DNA of 64,000 bases, from positions 13,516,001 through 13,580,000 of the forward strand of contig OX597838.1 in assembly GCA_951406725.2 (NCBI GenBank), written 5' to 3'. Position numbers and translations under genes: made by a program. The notes below the pieces were generated by a model. The model worked only from the letters and a program-made list of their open reading frames with translations. It ran no database searches and was not told the origin of the DNA. Positions 60,901 to 64,000 of this stretch are shown piece after piece (position 1 is the first letter of the stretch; every line of letters begins with the position of its first letter). Source of the stretch: Octopus vulgaris (lineage: Eukaryota).

Positions 60901-63644
60901 GTGTTTATATAATATTTTAGTTTCATAACAGCCAATGTTTGTTATCGATTGGTTTCCTGCTGAAAAACCTTCCAGAAGTGGAGAAGTGAATTGGCTGATT
61001 TGAAAAGTATAGAAATAAAAAATAACACAACTAAACTCGAGTTCATGTTCTAATAGAATTATCTTTCTTACTTTTTTCAGACGTGTGTTACTAAGACAAC
61101 ATAAGACCCAAATGCAATGTCAAGCAAGGAAAGTACAGAAAGAATTAGTAAGAAACTTTCTAGATTGGTTTGTGGGTTTATGTGATATGGCTATAGGTCT
61201 ATGTTCTGTGTGGGCTTATATGATATGGCTATAGGTCTATGTTCTGTGTGGGCTTATATGATATGGCTATAGGTCTATGTTCTGTGTGGGCTTATATGAT
61301 ATGGCTATAGGTCTATGTTCTGTGTGGGCTTATATGATATGGCTATAGGTCTATGTTCTGTGTGGGCTTATATGATATGGCTATAGGTCTATGTTCTGTG
61401 TGGGCTTATATGATATGGCTATAGGTCTATGTTCTGTGTGAGCTTATATGATATGGCTGTAGGTCTATGTTCTGTGTGGGCTATATGATATGGCTATAGG
61501 TCTATGTTCTGTGTGGGCTTATATGATATGGCTATAGGTCTATGTTCTGTGTGATATGGCTATAGGTCTATGTTCTGTGTGGGCTTATATGATATGGCTA
61601 TAGGTCTATGTTCTGTGTGAGCTTATATGATATGGCTGTAGGTCTATGTTCTGTGTGGGCTTATATGATATGGCTATAGGTCTATGTTCTGTGTGGGCTT
61701 ATATGATATGGCTATAGGTCTATGTTTTGTGTGGGCTTATATGATATGGCTATAGGTCTATGTTCTGTGTGAGCTTATATGATATGGCTGTAGGTCTATG
61801 TTCTGTGTGGGCTTATATGATATGGCTATAGGTCTATGTTCTGTGTGGGCTTATATGATATGGCTATAGGTCTATGTTCTGTGTGGGCTTATATGATATG
61901 GCTATAGGTCTATGTTCTGTGTGGGCTTATATGATATGGCTATAGGTCTATGTTCTGTGTGGGCTTATATGATATGGCTATAGGTCTATGTTCTGTGTGG
62001 GCTTATATGATATGGCTATAGGTCTATGTTCTGTGTGAGCTTATATGATATGGCTGTAGGTCTATGTTCTGTGTGGGCTTATATGATATGGCTATAGGTC
62101 TATGTTCTGTAAGGGCTTATATGATATGGCTATAGGTCTATGTTCTGTGTGGGCTTATATGATATGGCTATAGGTCTATGTTATGTGTGGGCTTATATGA
62201 TATGGCTATAGGTCTATGTTCTGTGTGGGCTTATATGATATGGCTATAGGTCTATGTTCTGTGTGGGTTTATATGATATGGTTATAGGTCTATGTTCTGT
62301 GTGGGCTTATATGATATGACTATAGGTCTATGTTCTATGTGGACAGGTTGGATGACCTGTAATATGTGACTGTGTCTCTGGTATGATAATATTCTCAGGA
62401 ATGTATCGTTGTAACAATGATATATTATAGTATGTGATTGGAGCAGGGAAGTCTCATCATAAATTTATTACTGAGGTAAGAAGTTGTCATAGTCAATATA
62501 TGACTGAATAGAATGGAAATGTCATAGTGAATATATGACTAAGGTCGAGAGTTCATAATTAATTAAGTATCATGATAAATGTATGACTGAGTTAGATTAG
62601 CAGTATCATTGTAAATTTATGACTGAGGTAGGTTTATGGATTCATGACTGAAGCAAGGAAGTTATCATAATCAACATTTAATGTTGTTTCCCATAAATTG
62701 GACGGCTTGACATGAACTGGCAAAGCCAGGGGCTGCACCAAGTTCCATAGTTTGTTCTGACTTGGTTTTTACAGTTGGATGCCCTTCCTAACACCAACCA
62801 CTTTATAGGGTGTACTAGGTGCTTTCAGTGTGGCACCAATGCTTTTTAAGTGGCACCAGAACCCACAGCAATGCTTTTTAAAGTGGCACCTCAGTTTCAG
62901 GATATCGGTCCTGTTGTGTATTAGAGTAAATGTATAACTGAGTTAGGAAAATATAATAGTGAAAGTACCACTGAGACAGTGAAGTATCAGAGAAAGGTTG
63001 GGTGTCCCATAATAGTAAATGTATGAGTGAGGTAGGGAAGGGGATTGTAAATTGCCCCTTTTCTCAAAATACATCAAGGTGTGTTACTATGGAGTAGTTT
63101 ATGAAAGTGGTCAATAAATTTGTATAGAAAATCTCAGATTAACTATAACAGACGGATAGAGAAAGGTGTCTTACTATAGAAGAAATGCTTGTCTACTCCA
63201 GCAAGAAAAGACAGGAGAGGAAGGAGAGAGTGGAGAGGAAGATGGGGAGACAGGCAGTGAGAGAAACGTTGGAGATGCATCAGGACCTACCCACAGGGAA
63301 CATTGTGGGGATATAAGTGCTACAGAGGTGTTAGAGGGGGATGTTCTATAAGAGCGTGAAGGGAGATGTTTCGAGATGAGGGAGAGGTGGCTGTAGCAAA
63401 TGATGGCGGAAGATATTGGAGTGATTGGGACAGGAATATGGTAGTTGTGTGGTGTGGGGACATGGAGAGTGTGGGGATAGGCACATGAGGGAGAATGGCT
63501 TGGTCTAAGAAATGTGGTTTACTTTTTTAACAGGAAGAAGACTGGAAGCTGTTGTCCATGTTGGTAGACAGAGAGAAAGAACTCGAACAAATTGAAACAG
63601 CCAAGAGACAGGCAGCACTGAATGATGCCAGATGGATGAAAGAG
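46870..63644 (+). CDS. TCHP: trichoplein keratin filament-binding protein, first 9 coding exons (333 aa, 3' end outside window)
   Basis: join(46870-47063,52625-52733,53921-54025,54311-54367,56730-56798,58969-59142,60463-60575,61081-61147,63534-63644) = 999 nt in frame, all GT-AG; MALPTL start, [16 protein letters not shown] and DARWMKE match human TCHP (MALPTL, LYEHWKKNNP, HVVNSW, DVAWMKQ). Confidence 0.93.
47498..47750. repeat. 13/9-bp minisatellite (TCTTATATTCTAR)n
   Basis: Direct tandem repeat. Confidence 0.9.
48760..49150 (+). mobile_element. Penelope-like GIY-YIG endonuclease remnant
   Basis: [46 protein letters not shown], with frameshifts. Confidence 0.65.
50739..51494 (+). mobile_element. 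head-to-tail Helitron dimer
   Basis: Two ~380-bp units (50739-51124, 51125-51494); A|TC start; 3' hairpin and CTAG|T; 3' end shared with the 7744 family. Confidence 0.82.
52193..52343. repeat. (TATG)n-(CATA)n inverted microsatellite
   Basis: Self-complementary arms around a short ATACATGCATG centre. Confidence 0.9.
52625..52733 (+). CDS. TCHP: TCHP coding exon 2
   Basis: (S)[36 protein letters not shown]. Confidence 0.9.
53549..53749 (-). mobile_element. hAT MITE (same family as 41078)
   Basis: Perfect 8-bp TSD GGTTAGAG. Confidence 0.9.
53921..54025 (+). CDS. TCHP: TCHP coding exon 3
   Basis: [35 protein letters not shown]. Confidence 0.9.
54311..54367 (+). CDS. TCHP: TCHP coding exon 4
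   Basis: [19 protein letters not shown]. Confidence 0.92.
55380..55972 (+). mobile_element. Tc1 transposase 3' remnant
   Basis: [43 protein letters not shown]; ends in TIR-like ACTTTTGCACAGCCA. Confidence 0.75.
56730..56798 (+). CDS. TCHP: TCHP coding exon 5
   Basis: [23 protein letters not shown]. Confidence 0.9.
57460..58215. repeat. (TGGA/TGAA)n compound microsatellite
   Basis: ~750 bp simple repeat, directly following a truncated family F MITE. Confidence 0.95.
58969..59142 (+). CDS. TCHP: TCHP coding exon 6
   Basis: [38 protein letters not shown]. Confidence 0.92.
60463..60575 (+). CDS. TCHP: TCHP coding exon 7
   Basis: [37 protein letters not shown](G). Confidence 0.92.
60840..60868 (+). 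mobile_element. Helitron 3' terminus
   Basis: Perfect hairpin GACCCGGC-AAC-GCCGGGTC then CTAG|T, preceded by (CAC/CAT)-rich sequence. Confidence 0.6.
61081..61147 (+). CDS. TCHP: TCHP coding exon 8
   Basis: [22 protein letters not shown]. Confidence 0.9.
61168..62342. repeat. 38-bp minisatellite x~31
   Basis: TGTGGGCTTATATGATATGGCTATAGGTCTATGTTCTG units. Confidence 0.95.
63534..63644 (+). CDS. TCHP: TCHP coding exon 9
   Basis: [37 protein letters not shown]; cag/gtaagt. Confidence 0.92.
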
Positions 63645-63869
63645 GTAAGTTATTTAGTAGTAGTAGTAGTAGTAGTAGTAATTGCTACTGTTGCTGCATA
63701 CCCCACACCCACCCAGGTAGCTCTGATCCAGTAGATTTTTTAATCAATGATATTCTTTTGTATCATTCTAATGTGATATGAGGGAAATTTGGCTGCTATT
63801 TCTAGCAGGTTGATCAAGCACCTAAGTGCTTCCTTTGTCAGTAAAAAAACTGTTACAGTGTTGTATTTG

Positions 63870-64000
63870 TATCATCATCATCATCATTGTTTAACGTCCG
63901 TTTTCCACGCTAGCACAGGTTGGACGGTTCGACCGGGGTCTGGGAAGCCAGGAGGCTGCACCAGGCTCCAGTCTGATCTGGCAGTGTTTTTACAGCTTGA
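63870..64000 (-). mobile_element. family D element (truncated by window edge)
   Basis: (CAT)n plus D body. Confidence 0.8.

Noticed and set aside
61168-62342. CRISPR-like 38-bp repeats
   Set aside because: No spacers; ordinary minisatellite
63166-63351. Acidic 61-aa ORF as an extra TCHP exon
   Set aside because: Exons 8 and 9 already join in frame and collinearly with human TCHP; purine-rich low-complexity sequence

Overview
AT-rich, repeat-dense animal genomic DNA, very probably an Octopus (coleoid cephalopod) scaffold, judged from the tRNA-derived SINE families and heavy microsatellite load (inference, no search run). Three spliced protein-coding genes were reconstructed by hand from GT-AG exons. 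(1) The last exon of a yellow/major-royal-jelly-like beta-propeller protein with a hydrophobic, GPI-like C-terminus (+, 4699-5143). (2) A complete 6-coding-exon glycolipid transfer protein gene, GLTP (-, 21125-37730, 206 aa). (3) The first 9 coding exons of trichoplein, TCHP (+, 46870-63644, 333 aa, continuing beyond the window). GLTP and TCHP are head-to-head, as in human 12q24. The rest is mobile DNA: four SINE families, RTE/CR1/Penelope remnants, Tc1/mariner, Buster-type hAT, piggyBac-like MITEs and Helitrons, plus mini- and microsatellites and several foldbacks. The most unusual observations are the membrane-tethered yellow-like gene, the GLTP-TCHP microsynteny, a mariner transposase split in register around GLTP exon 4, a Helitron-like 23-aa STPR-type repeat relic, an 18S rRNA-SINE chimera and hammerhead-ribozyme-like motifs. 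Most ORFs in the supplied track are repeat artefacts.
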